A DNA stretch of 64,000 bases, taken from the NCBI RefSeq assembly GCF_009914755.1, contig NC_060943.1; one strand, written 5' to 3'. The notes under the pieces were generated by a model that worked only from the letters and a program-made list of their open reading frames with translations, had not been told where the DNA came from and made no database searches. The position numbers and the translations under genes were made by a program. The stretch's first letter is position 1. Every line of letters begins with the position of its first letter. The stretch comes from the human T2T-CHM13v2.0 reference genome, Homo sapiens. Below are positions 43,610-55,876 of the stretch, one piece after another.

Positions 43610-43959
43610 TCAGGTGGTGAACGAAGACAGGATAAAATATCAATCTCTGAAAGTAAAGTCACAGAGTGAACACCTGGATATTTGGACTCTGCCTGGGGAC
43701 AGTTTCCCAACGGAAGTGCAAGTAGCAAGGATCTGAGTATAGCACAGCAGTTCCGCAGAACTAAGGTTCTGGATGGCTTGATGGAACTGGAATCCCTTAG
43801 GTGTGGCATCAGTGAAGAAGTGCGAGCCCCCCAAATCCACGTGGGGTCCACCAAAGTTCCTGGATGAAGACTGGTCTGCACATGCACATTCTAGACCACC
43901 CAAAGCTTAGCAGAGAGGTAAGTCTTAAGAAGTATTTGTCTCATTTATACCCATGGGAT

Positions 43960-44330
43960 TTTAATCAATGGAGGTAATGACAGGGAGATGCCAATGCCAT
44001 TGAAATATGTTTAATGTCACTCACAGTTTCTGTAGAAATTAGAGGCACAGAATGTGAAGCAGGGGCATGTGGGGAAGCCCCAGGTGTGATCAGGAGACAG
44101 AGGCAGGAGTGAGCAAAAACCTAGGCCAGAGCCCTTATGATGTGTTCTGTGGGAAAGGCAGAACAGGGCAGGAGATGCAGCTCACAACTGGTCAGTTTGA
44201 ATAATATTGGCAGGGTGTGAAATATAGTGGCAGCCTCTAGTTGTCTGGTACCTGGCCCTGGGTTGACTTAGGGCAGAGAAAATGTTGGCTTGGTGTGTAA
44301 GAGAGATAAAGGAGATGGTTCAGAGCGGGG
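43960..44330. mobile_element. ERVL-type LTR fragment (family uncertain)
   Basis: LTR-like motifs such as ctagttgtctggtacctggccctggg. Confidence 0.45.
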
Positions 44331-44454
44331 GCTCTGGATCTCGGGGGAGATGCAGATACCTTTGGCCATGAGTTAAACCCCGTAGTTAATGGATACCAAA
44401 TAGAGAAATACAGACTCAAGAAAACACAAAGCACTATCCCAGTTGGGAGAGCAC

Positions 44455-44705
44455 AAAGGAGACATTATCAAAAGTAATGTGGGATTCTGGATTGGATCCT
44501 GGAGCAGGAAGTGGACAGGAGGGGACTACCAACAAAACTAAAATAAAGCCTGTAGATTCAACATTCATTTCCTACTTTCAATAATTGTATTAGGATCATT
44601 TAAGATGTTAACATTAGACGAAGTTGGGTGAAAGATCAAAACTCTGTACTGGCTTTACAACATTCTTGTAAATCTAAAATTATTTCAAAATGGCAGGTTA
44701 AAAAG
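44455..44705 (+). mobile_element. L1M 3' end fragment
   Basis: ctggattggatcctggagcag...gtaaatctaaaattatttcaaaa. Confidence 0.7.
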
Positions 44706-45459
44706 TATTTTAAATGATACCTACAAAATACTATCATGATAGTGATAGTGAACACTCACTAAAGATATGATCAGGATGCCCTAATAGGCCTCCTTATTCT
44801 TGTAATTGCAATTAGAGTTCCTTCTTTCCTTAATATTATGTAACTGGAGCTCCCTTGAGCTATTTCTAGCCTGGGGTATAATGTCTGACTCATACACATG
44901 TAGTTTCATAGGAAGCCTTGGGGCCCTAGCAGAATAACACTATCACCCACAAGATAACCAGCCAGGTGCTGCACCAGGTCTAGGCCCTCTGTGTGATGGA
45001 TGCGGTCCCGTAACCAAAGGGAGACAAAGTTACCACACCCTATGTGGCCCAGAAAAATGGCCAGAGACTGAACTGGCACAGTCTCTGCTAACACAAGAGT
45101 AACAGCACTCTTCCACCCAGTCCATGCTGCCTGGAACTTCCCTGACAGAGAATCATTCTGGGATCATTCTCGAGAACTTGGCAAATATCTCAACACTCTG
45201 ACATCACATTCTCTTCTACAGTCAGGATCCTCAATCCTGGATTATAGACTCACAATCTCAACTTCTTTTCTGGACACTGGAAGTCTTTAAAGATAGAATG
45301 GTCAGAATGACTGAAAGTATTTTTTTGTAATGAGAAGCCAAATTATTGTAACACATAAAATGATTTTGCTGAAAAACTTGATTGATGGCACATAATTACA
45401 AGGCATATTCTTTCCTTTCTTAGTAGCTTAAAAAATCAACATTTCTTTCCTTCTCTAAT

Positions 45460-46522
45460 ACATTACTTGGGAATGTCTCAGTGGGGAAGGCTCATTTCTC
45501 CTTCGCACAGTGTTAGCTACGATGGCCTGACTGAGCCTGGAGGATTTGCTTCCAGAATGGCTCATTTATGTGCTTGAGAAACTGGTGCTGGGTGTCATTT
45601 GGGAGCTCAGTTCAGGGAATTGGCTAGGGGGGTCTTAGTTCCTCTTCATATTAGTGCCTCCACAGGGCTACTTGGGCTTCCTCCCAAGAAATCTGTATTA
45701 GTCAGGGTTGTCTAGAGGGACAGAACGAGCAGGAGATATATATATACATATATATATATACACACACACATATATATATCTTATTATTGTGGGACCTTGT
45801 GATCGTGTGAGTTAACACTACTTAATAAACTCCCATATATGTATATGTATACTTATTATAATTAATGTATGTATATCTACATATGTATATATGTGTATGT
45901 ATATATACACATATGGGAGTTTATTAAATAGTATTAACTCACAGGATCACAAGGTCCCACAATAGGCTGTTTGCAAGCTGAGGAGCAAGGAAGCCAGTCC
46001 GAGTCCCAAAGCTGAAGAACTTGGAGTCTGATATTTGAGAACTTGGAGTCCGATGTTTGAGGGCAGGAAGCATCCAGCATGAGGGAAAGATGTAGGCTGG
46101 GAGGCTGAGACAGTCTAGTCTTTTCACATTTTTCTGTCTGCTTTCTATTCTAGCCAAGCTGGCAGCTGATTAGATGGTGCCCACCCAGATTAACATCGGG
46201 TCTGCCTTTCCCAACCCACTGACCCAAATGTTAATCTTCTTTGGCAATACCTTCACAGGCACACCTAGCATCAATACTTTGCATCCTTCAATCCAATCGA
46301 GTTGACAGTCAGTATTAACCATTACAGAAGCCAAGCTCCGCATGCAAGTATTCCAAGAAGCTGATGAAAATCATGTCCCTGACATGGAAATCAAGACACT
46401 TTCACCACATTCTACTGGTCAAGGAAGTCACAAGGTAAGCCCAGATTGAAGAGGAAGGGATTCAATTCCACCTTTCAATGGGAAGAACAGAAAGAATTTG
46501 TGGCTATCTTAAACCTACCACT
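45460..46522 (-). mobile_element. MLT1-type LTR with nested MLT2A LTR (45694-46326)
   Basis: tgtattagtcagggttgtctagagggacagaac...attaaccattaca nested in MLT1 sequence. Confidence 0.8.
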
Positions 46523-46539
46523 TAGAGTTTTCAATAGTT

Positions 46540-47980
46540 TAATTTATTTTTAGAACAGCATTAGATTTACAGAAAAATTAAGAAGCTAGTATAAAAAGCT
46601 TCCAAATACCTTGAAACCAGCTTCCCCTATTTTTAGCTTCTTACATTAGTATTTTATTATAATTAATGAAAGGATATTTATACCCCGTTAGTAACTAAAG
46701 TCCATAGTTTATCTAGGTTTTCTTCATTTTCACCAGATGTTCTCTTTCTGTTCCAGAATCCTATTCAGGACACATTGCATTTAGTTGTCCTGTCTCTTTA
46801 GCCTCCTCTTGACTGTGACAGTTTCTCAGATTTTTCCTTGTTTTTGATGACCTTCACAGTTATGAGCAGTACTGGTAAGGAACTTGCTTATTTTCTGGCA
46901 CAAGATGCTTCAGATCCTTACCAGGGTCTGAAGGGCACTGGTAAGGTTGTAGAATATCCCTACTGGAATTTGTGTGATTTTTCCCTCTAATGATTAGACT
47001 GACATTATTGGTTTTGGGGAGCAAGATAACAGAGGTAAAGTACCATTTCTATCACATCCTATCAAGGAGATACTGTCAACATGATTTATCATTGATGATT
47101 ATGACACCGATTACCTGGCTGATGTGGTATTTTTCTCCAGCGTAAAGTTACTCTTTTTCTCCCCTTTCCACATTGAACTCTTTGGAGCCAGGTCATTATT
47201 TGCAGCCTGCATTTTAAAAAGTGAGGAGTTGGGCTTTCCTTCCTTGATGGTGCTGTATTTATATATATTACTTCGAATTCTTCTGTATTAGAGATTTGTC
47301 TCTTCTCCCCACTTATTTATTCAATCATTTATTTATACCAGTAGGAACTCATGAGTATTTATTTTAAACTTTGGGTTTATCTTAGTCCATTCCTGCTGCT
47401 ATAACAAAATACCTTAGACTGGGTAATTTATAAACAACAAAAATTTATCTCTCACAGTTTCCGGAAGTTTGAAAGTCCAAACTTTCAAACACCTGCAGAG
47501 TCAGTGTTTGGTGAGGGCTGCTCTCTGCTTCAAAGATGACATCTTTCACTGTATCTTCACATGGCAGAAAGGGGAAACAAGAACAGACTTCCTCCAGCAC
47601 TTTTATATGGGCACTAATCCCACTCATGAGGGAGGAGCCTTCGTGACCTAATCATCTCCTATAAACCTACCTCTTAACACTGTTGCATTGAGGATTAAGT
47701 TTCAACGTGAATCTTGGAGGGACACAAAAATTCAGACCACAGTAGGGTCATAACCCAATACCACCGAATTCATTTCTTGCTCAAATTGTTCCAGCTTTGG
47801 CCACTGGGAGCTCTTCTGTTGGCCCTTGTGCCCCTTTGACATATTGTGATCAATGTGGGGTTATATCATTATTGTAATTGTTATTTTCAGCACTTCCTTA
47901 TTTTCTGGCACAAGATGTTCCAGATTCATCGTGTATATTTTCTGTTCCAGATCTAGAATGTGCCATTTCTCCAAGGACTG
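46540..47980 (-). mobile_element. L1MC 3' end with nested MLT1A-type LTR (about 47379-47743)
   Basis: ttagatttacagaaaaatt..., tatcttagtccattcctgctgctataacaaaatacc. Confidence 0.75.
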
Positions 47981-48094
47981 TGCAGTCCTTTTTTACACTT
48001 CTTTCCTTTTAAATTTATTCCGTGGTTCTAGTTCTTCCTTGATCCTAAAAGTTTAGGTCAAATTGTATACATTTTCCCGGTTAGTTTTATTTAG

Positions 48095-48185
48095 TAAATA
48101 TAAATATATTATTTAGTTTTATTATAAATACATTATTTATAATAAATATAAATACATTATTTATAATAAATATAAATAATAAATA
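48095..48185. repeat. AT-rich tandem repeat (ataaatacattatttataataaat x2 plus degenerate copies)
   Basis: Seen directly. Confidence 0.8.
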
Positions 48186-48559
48186 TCCTGGTGTTGTCAA
48201 CTTAAAATGCCCAGAAATATGTAAAAGTGAAAACAAAACTCTTGATTTAAAGATACGTTTCACTCTATCTTTCCTGGCTGCCCGGCACTTCTACCTATGC
48301 GTCTTCCCTGTTCACTGACCTAGCTTCTGTTCTTTTGGTGCTGGAAGCACAAAGAGGGTGTGAGATTCCTAACGTTATTGTGATTATCCATGGGCTTTTC
48401 AAATATGTAAAGCGGATTACCTCAAAGGCCCCCTTTGGCTTCTTTAGAGACACAAATGCTGAGGATCTCTCACCTGAGCATCCCTCGATGAGGGCTGTTG
48501 CGTCTTGATTTCATCTGGGTAGTTACAGGCATCATCCACCACGAAGTTTCCAACCCAGA

Positions 48560-49330
48560 GTCAGGATGCAGCTGAGCTTGACGGGCGTGGTGCAGACGTC
48601 GGTGCAGCGAAAGCTGAGGAGCCGTGGGCGTTCACCCGGGTGCCGGTGTTTCTAAATCGCGGGCTGCGACCTGCATACTCAGGTGCCAGCTGGGAGCAGA
48701 GGCGGATTTGCGAGGCCAAAACCTGGGTGTGACTTGGAATCTCAGTCGCGCTATGGGGGTGCACGCTGGCTCAAATCCCCGTGGAAGATGCACCTGTGAC
48801 CTGCCCAGGCTGCAAAACCAGGTGCGCTGCCATGGGCACGACTCACTGGGCTCCATTTTCACCACAGGGAACTTGGACCGCCTGACATTGAAAAAGACTG
48901 AGGTAGCTCGGGGGCAGCCAAAAGAAACCAGAGGCGGGGATCCTAGTATCATTCAGGAAGTGGACCCAGCCGCAAACTCAGGAGCGTTCCAAGTGTCCAG
49001 AGCGTCTGGTAGTCGCAATAGCCAGTGATCAGTGACACCCCCAAGAAAGTGATAGCGACAGAAACATGGCGACTACTTACACTGCCGCCCCCGTGCGCCC
49101 CTGCGCGAGCTCTGCTGGAGGCGCCCGCGGGAGCGCCTGCGGGAGCGCTCCACTGCGGAATCCGCCGCTCTCTTCTCTGAGCAGTCTCCTACTGCCATCT
49201 AGGGAGGAATACGGGGATACCGGCTGGAGTACCCTCTCTATCTTCTTGCCTGCAGGGGTCGCAGGATAGATGTTTCGAGAGCCTATAAAAGTCATACAGT
49301 GCTATGGTGGGTGCACGCTAAACGTGCCTT
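48560..49330 (-). promoter_or_regulatory. CpG-island promoter module (left arm) with CTCF motif 49190-49205, splice donor GTAAGT 49075-49080, YY1 motif 49063-49073
   Basis: CpG-rich; minus strand reads CCCTAGATGGCAGTA ... CAGT|GTAAGT AGTCGCCATGTT. Confidence 0.7.
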
Positions 49331-49364
49331 TGACACTGTGATTAAATCACATAACCCATATAAA

Positions 49365-49975
49365 AAGTAATTGGAAAAGACAACCCCCAGAATGGAGAGA
49401 ATGTTTAAAAATCGTATTTCTGATAAGAGATTAATATCCAGAATATATAAATAACTCCTGAACTCAACAACGGGAACAAATAACTCATTTAAGAGACAAG
49501 AGAAGGATTTGAATAGACATTTCTCTAAATAAAATACATAAATGGCCAATAATTACATGAAAAGATGCGCAACATCATTGATCATTAGGGAAATGCAAAT
49601 CAAAATAACATGGAGATAGTACTTCACTCCAACTAGCATGGCTATTAACAAAAAAACAGAAATTAACAGGTGTGGGTAAAGATGCGGAGAAATTAACAGG
49701 TGTTGTGCATTGCTGGTGGTAATGTAAAATGGTTCAGCTGCTGTGGAAAACAATGGGAGTTTCTCAAAAAGGTAAATATAGAATTAATTAATATACGACC
49801 CAGCAATCCCAATAGTAGGTATGTACTCCACACAATTGAAATAGGGACGCAAAAAGATATTTGACATCAATGTTCATATCAGCATTATTTATAGTAGCCG
49901 AAAGATGGAAATAACCCAAGGGTCCATCGACAGATGAATGGATAAACAAAATGAGGTATTTTGATACAATGGAGC
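49365..49975 (+). mobile_element. L1MB-type ORF2 3' fragment forming the palindrome spacer
   Basis: ORF2 C-terminal motifs (cattagggaaatgcaaatcaaa; cagatgaatggataaacaaaatg). Confidence 0.8.
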
Positions 49976-50139
49976 TGGCTACTAACCACCTGCTCCTGTA
50001 TTACCTAAAGGCCTTCACTCCCTAACCCATTGGTCTTTTTTGTCCATTATTTTTTGTAGGGGTTATAACAGCATTCAAGTGTGGAGTCAAGGCTCACTTT
50101 AAAATGCATCAAACATAGCTATGTATCAATTCACCACAG

Positions 50140-51030
50140 TCCGTCAAAAGGCCTGTGACGCACTCTCTCTGGGGGTATTTGAGCCGATATCCCAGTAGTC
50201 AACACTAGATGGCAGTAGGAGACTGCTCAGAAAATGGAGAGCGGCGCCCACCTTGCAGTGCGCAGGCGTCGTCAGTAGACATCGCGCAGGCGTCGTCAGT
50301 AGACATCGCGCAGGCGTCGTCAGTAGACATCGCGCAGGCGTCGTCAGTAGACATCGCGCAGGCGTCGTCAGTAGACATCGCGCAGGCGTCGTCAGTAGAC
50401 ATCGCGCAGGCGTCGTCAGTAGACATCGCGCAGGCGTCGTCAGTAGACATCGCGCAGGCGTCGTCAGTAGACATCGCGCAGGCGTCGTCAGTAGACATCG
50501 CGCAGGCGTCGTCAGTAGACATCGCGCAGGCGTCGTCAGTAGACATCGCGCAGGCGATGGGTGAGGCGGCTTTGGCCGCCATGTTTTCGTCGCAGTAACT
50601 GCCTTGGTGTCAGTAGTCATTGCCAGTTTCGGGCGTTCTGGACAATTGGGATGCTGCAGAGTTCATGGCTGGGGCTGCTCGTTGGGTGGGACAAGAATCC
50701 TCTGCAATGGTTTGTTTTGGCTGCCCAGGAGGTGCGTCAAGTCGCTGCCGCTCCCCTCGTGGGCGTCAGGCCTCAAGAGTTCCCCGCCTAGAAAATGGAG
50801 CTCAGCGAGTCGTGCGTACCATGGTGCACCTGGTTTTGCAGCCTAAGCGGGTCACTTTAGTGCATCCTCCTCGCGGATTGGAGCCTGTTTGCACCCCTAT
50901 AGCCCGAATGAGACCCAAGTCACACGGGCTCAGAAGTTCTTTGCCCCTGGCCATGATCCCCCAGCCAGCCACCCGAGTTTCCAGGCCTCAGGCGCTTTGG
51001 AAACGCCTGTACGTCGCCTGTACCTGAATG
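50140..51030 (+). promoter_or_regulatory. CpG-island promoter module (right arm) with CTCF motif 50202-50217, splice donor after 50560, YY1 motif 50575-50585
   Basis: CpG-rich; ACACTAGATGGCAGTA, ATGG|GTGAGG, GCCGCCATGTT. Confidence 0.75.
50260..50556 (+). repeat. Perfect 24-bp tandem repeat (VNTR), 12 full copies + 9 nt, unit GCGCAGGCGTCGTCAGTAGACATC
   Basis: Counted directly: 50260-50547 = 288 nt = 12 identical units. Confidence 0.98.
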
Positions 51031-51659
51031 GCAGGTACTCATCTGCTTTAGCTACATCATAGTCTGCACCACTTCTGCCAGCTCGATTGCAGCCTGGATT
51101 TGAGTCAGAAACTTTTCATGGTGGATGAGGGTTGTAAATATCCAAAGCGACTCCAGATGAAATTGCCCTCATCAAAGGAAGCTCAGATGACAGATTTCTG
51201 CATAGAAGCCAAAAAAGCCTTCCCTCAAGGAAAGAGTCAGTTTCAAGTATTTGCAAACTCAGAACAGTGTCAATTTTAGATCACTACAATGCTGCCCATC
51301 AAGGAAGAACCCTATTGCTCCCTGGCGTCTCTCCTTGAGCCCTAAACACAGTAGATTCAGAAACTAAGTCAGCAAATGGAGGAAGATTCTTAACCGTGAT
51401 AAGTTGGAAAACGTGCGTCAGAGGGCCACATCCCTTCCTCGAGTTCAGGCTACCACCTGACTGCAGGTCAGAGCTGGAAGAGACAGTGAAAATGTAAGTT
51501 TAAATAAAGATTGTCGTTTTCACTTTTACATACTTAAAGCCATTTTAAATGAGTCACGGGCAGATATTTATTAAATAAAATGACCAAAAAATTAATGGGA
51601 TTTGACCTAACTTTTATCCTGGGGCAGGGGAAGAACTAGCACTGCAGAATACATTTAAG

Positions 51660-51812
51660 CTGCGAGCCGTGGCTCCTGCCTGTAATTCCAGCACTTTGGG
51701 AGGCCAAGATGGGAGAATCACTTGAGGCCAGGAGTTTGAGACCATTCTCATCAACATAGCGAGTCAACTTAGGGAGATCCCATCTCTATTTATTTTTTAA
51801 AATAAAAAAAAG
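51660..51812 (+). mobile_element. Alu left monomer/FLAM
   Basis: gtggctcctgcctgtaattccagcactttgggagg; absent from the left arm. Confidence 0.8.
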
Positions 51813-52664
51813 AATAAATTTAAAAGGAAAGAGGTGTGAAAACGACAGCTACTTAGTAATTAAATTCTGTGAGTCATGGCTTGTTCATGGGAATGATTCT
51901 ATTTGAATGTTATAATAATTTTGTTTCTAATTTCAGAAAGTATTTTGGTCCTTCTGACCAAGTCTTTGTATCTGTGTAAATCATGAGTTAAAGAAATAAC
52001 TTTCCAAAAAGAGGTTGAGATCTTCTGATTCAGGACTTAAGCATTGTGAGTGTCAAGGGGGTGTGGTGTCAGTGTTGAGATGTGTGGCCCTGTCCCTGTT
52101 GGTGGTCTTGGTTTCAGACTTCTGTCAGGAAAGAGTCAGACAGTGTTGACTAGGAAAAGGAGTTCTGTGGTGTCTGTGGTTTGGTCTGTGGTAATTTTGC
52201 TGAGCCAGAAAGGGAATTCCAGCCTTGATGTCCAGGGCTGACTCTCCGGGCAGGCTGCCCATTGGTGAGTGGGAGCAGTGCCTGCTGTGCTTTCAGGACT
52301 GTGTCCATCACTTCCTGTCCAGGTGGACACTGTAGCGCAGGCTTCCCATTGATGGACGGGAACCTGATCTCCCTGTGCTTTTACTGCCATGCTCATCACG
52401 CACTGGGGATCATCAGCCCACCTTTTAAACCCAGCCCACAATTGGCCAGTTATCTTGTGGGTGATAGTGCAACTGTCTGTGTCGCCAGGCTTCCCACACA
52501 ACTATCTGCATCTGGTTTGGACTGGCTAAACCAGGCCACACCAAAGGTCAGGGGAGCCTTAGATACATAACGCTTATTTCAGGTGTGAGGGAGCATGTGA
52601 AGGCACCCTGATTGCATCTTTAGGAAGTGTTCATTATCGTGATTGCGTTTTTATATGTAACATT

Positions 52665-52965
52665 TAAAATATTGTCTAACTTATTACTTTAAAATAATTT
52701 TAGACTTACAAAGAAGTTGCAAAAACAGTATGGTGAATTTGTCTTTTTCACTCAGCTTCCTCTAATGTTGCATAGCCTTAATAAAATTATTGAAACCAGA
52801 AAACTAATACTGACATAATACTATTAACTGATCTGCAGACCTTATTTGAGTTTCATCAGTTGTCCCACTCGTGTCCGCTTTCTGGTCTAGGATGCAATCC
52901 AGAATTCAGTGTTGCAATTCGTTATTGTGTTTCCTTACTCTCCTCTATTCTAGGATAGTTCTTCC
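52665..52965 (-). mobile_element. L1M 3' end fragment
   Basis: aataattttagacttacaaagaagttgcaaaa. Confidence 0.65.
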
Positions 52966-54035
52966 TTAAGCCTTACCTGTCTGATAAGCCTTGTCTTATC
53001 AGACAGATAGTCTTGTCTGTGTATATGCAGCCTAGCCCTCAGCCAGGAATTTGGGGAAGACTCCACAAGGACATGTGGTGCTTACCTCTGCACAGTTCTT
53101 CTTTGATACCATACCTCAGAGACTCCAGGCTCACCAGCTGCCCTGAATGCCCTCAGTGCTGCAGAACTGCTGTCCTGTGCTCAGATCCCAGCTATCTGCA
53201 TTGCACTTGGGAAATTGTTCTTTGACAACTTGTTTATCTAAGGGCTCACCCTGTAAATGTCCATCCCTTGTGGAATTGCAGTCTTGTGCTACCTGTTGTC
53301 TGGTACCTAAACACAGTGGCTTCATATACTTTATTCTGTGTGCAGTTTTATAGTTGTTAATGTCAAGAGAGCTAGTCTAGTTTCAGTTAACACCATCATG
53401 GCTAGAAATGGGAGAATCCTCACTTTCATTTTGAAGGCTATTTTAGCAGAGTATACACTTCTACATTGGCTGTTTCATTCTTTCACTCTTTAATGAGGAA
53501 ATTCCTTGTTAGTACTATTCATGTCCTTGGTTAGCAGGCCAGTCATGCTTTCAGGAGTCTAGTTTTCACACCATCTTCTCTTCAGTTCAAATTACTGTTA
53601 CTTTCCTTTTCTGTTTCCCCATACCTGGGTCCATGAAGATGTATTTACTATTACTAGTATCATTATTAAGACAGTTAAACTCTCCTGGGTTCCTAGGTGG
53701 GAGAGAAGTTTAACTGTCTACAAGTATAAGGGGAGAACTGGAAGGCAAAAGAGGGTAGCCTTTTGGGGCAAGGTGTTTCTCTTTAGAGAGACTGTAATTC
53801 TCTTGATCCCCACAGGGTGGAGGTAAACTTGGCTGGTTTCCTAGTTCAGTGCATACTAAACCTCTGAACTTGCTTGTGTGCCACTGAAGAGAGGGAAGAC
53901 ACATTGAGGAGAAATGCGGAGCTGATACAGACAGGCATATTGTACACAACCAAGATAAGTGGGATCAAGCCGCCCTGTAAGAGAGAGGGTAGAAGCAGGG
54001 ACTTCTGGCTCCCTGAACTGTTAACTGTGTCTCCA

Positions 54036-54135
54036 TTTTTTTTTTTTTTTGAAGACACTCCACTCTGTCACGCAGCTGGAGCGCAGTGGTGCAGTCATGG
54101 CTCACTGCAGCCTTGATCTTCTGGGCTGAAGTCGT
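54036..54135 (-). mobile_element. Alu fragment
   Basis: Poly-T + gctggagcgcagtggtgcagtcatggctcactgcagcc. Confidence 0.75.
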
Positions 54136-55876
54136 GTCTTCATTTTTGATAGGAACGTTATTTTGACAAAATGTGGGACAGCTGATGAGCCTATAGATGT
54201 AACTCTCTGATGTAGTCAGTTAGTCATATGGGTAGCTCTCCTTGACAAACTGCATAGGAATCTCTTTTGTCCTCTTAGTAGGTGGTAATTTTCCCCTGGG
54301 TGTGGGATGGCTAAGAAGGACTTGCACAATTACATAACCATGGGTGACATCTCCAGAAAGAAAACCTCCGATAAACATGACATTTTCTCTTTTGGGGCAT
54401 TTGGATTCAGTGCATTTTATTGGCAACTGTCCTATGTGTTTAAATTCCTAGAACTGAAACCCTGGACGCACGGTAGCTCATAATTCTTGTTACATAAGAT
54501 AATTTGTTTATTGTTTTAGTTTTCAATTAGTTTTTCCTTAACATATAACTGAGTGCATCATAAACAATTTGCTTTAGAATTTCTACTTCCAGGGCTGTTA
54601 CTGACTGGATGCAGTGCACAAAGACATACGTATAAGACTATTTTTTTGTGATATTTTAGAGCAATGGTGAAAAGTTGGGAACAACTTAAATCGTTTTCAA
54701 CAGAAGACTAATGAAATAAATTACTGAAACTTATTCACAAAATGGAAATCTAGGCAGCTGTAAGAAATGGATATGTGCTCTTAGGGATTTAAAGGGGTGT
54801 GTATAACATTATCCCATAAAGACTAAAGTGTGGTACGTGTGTACATTTATATTAATATGTATGCAAATGTGTAGAATATAGAAAAATTCAGACACTATGT
54901 TGTAAACACAGTTACTTTGGGGAGGAGAGGAGGTGCGATGAGAGAATACCAACCATGGCTGTATAATCTCTATTTCTGAACATACACAACATTTTTCAAG
55001 AAAATATATTACTTTATTATTTGAATTATTATTTTCAGCCATATGTATAGACTGAAAGGAGAGAGAGACAAGGAGACAGAAAGAGACAGTGACAGAGAGG
55101 ACAGAAGAGTCACAAAGAGTGGGAGGAGAGAAAGGGAAGGACCTTAGCCACAGAAAGTTGAGAGGAGAGTAAGTTGGAAGAGGTAGTGATTAGAGATTTT
55201 GCACATTGACAGTGGTTGACTTGGCTTCTGGGGTAGGCCCTGGAACAAAGTCCTCTGATCCTCGGTTGTTTGGGAATAGTCAATTATGTAAGGGTATTCT
55301 GGTGCTACCAGTTTTGTGCAATGGTGGGCATTTACTGCTATAAACTTCCCTCTTAGACCTGCTTTTGCTTTTTCCTACAGATTTTGGTATGTTGTGTTTC
55401 CATTTTGTTTGTCTCAAGAAATTTTTAAATTTCCCTTTTAATTTCTTCACTGACCCAATGATTGGTCAGGAACATGTTGTTTAATTCCCATGTCTTTGTA
55501 CTGTTTCTGAAGTTCCTCCTGTTACGGATTTCTAGTATTATACCATTGAGTTAGAAAAGATACTTGATATGATTTCAGTCTTCTTAAATTTGTTAAGACT
55601 TGTTTTGTGGCATACATATGATATATCCTGGAGAATGCTCATGTGCAGTTGAGAAGAATGTGTATTCTGCAGCTGTTGGATGAACTGTTTTGTATAAATC
55701 TATTAAGTTCATTTGGTCTAGAGTATAGTTTGAATCTGATGTTTCTTTATTGATTTTGTTTTGTCTGGTTGATCTGTCCATTGCTGAAAGTGGGGTGTTG
55801 AAGTCCCCTACTATTACTGCATTGCTCTCTCTCTTTACTATTACTGCATCTGTCTCTCTCTTCAGATATATTAATA

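Larger units (their letters stand above)
50045..55300 (+). repeat. Right arm of ancient inverted duplication
   Basis: Reverse complement of 40550-49365, interrupted by arm-specific repeats. Confidence 0.9.

Noticed and set aside
45780-45965. Hairpin (inverted repeat around a TA-rich loop)
   Set aside because: As recalled, this is an intrinsic feature of MLT2A LTRs and not locus-specific.
48561-49028. ORFs with peptide similarity to ORF 50620..51027 (PRG.EP.CTPIAR)
   Set aside because: The similarity is explained by the DNA-level inverted duplication. Frames are not preserved across indels, and the ORFs lie downstream of the predicted first donors.
49282-49290. TATAAAA on the plus strand
   Set aside because: It points into the L1 spacer and is not conserved in the other arm.
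50260-50556. CRISPR-like array
   Set aside because: The repeats are contiguous with no spacers, and the context is eukaryotic.
50144-50620. Long repetitive ORFs on both strands (e.g. 129 aa with AQASSVDI x12)
   Set aside because: They arise because the 24-bp unit lacks stop codons in several frames. There is no protein family resemblance, so at most this is a uORF.
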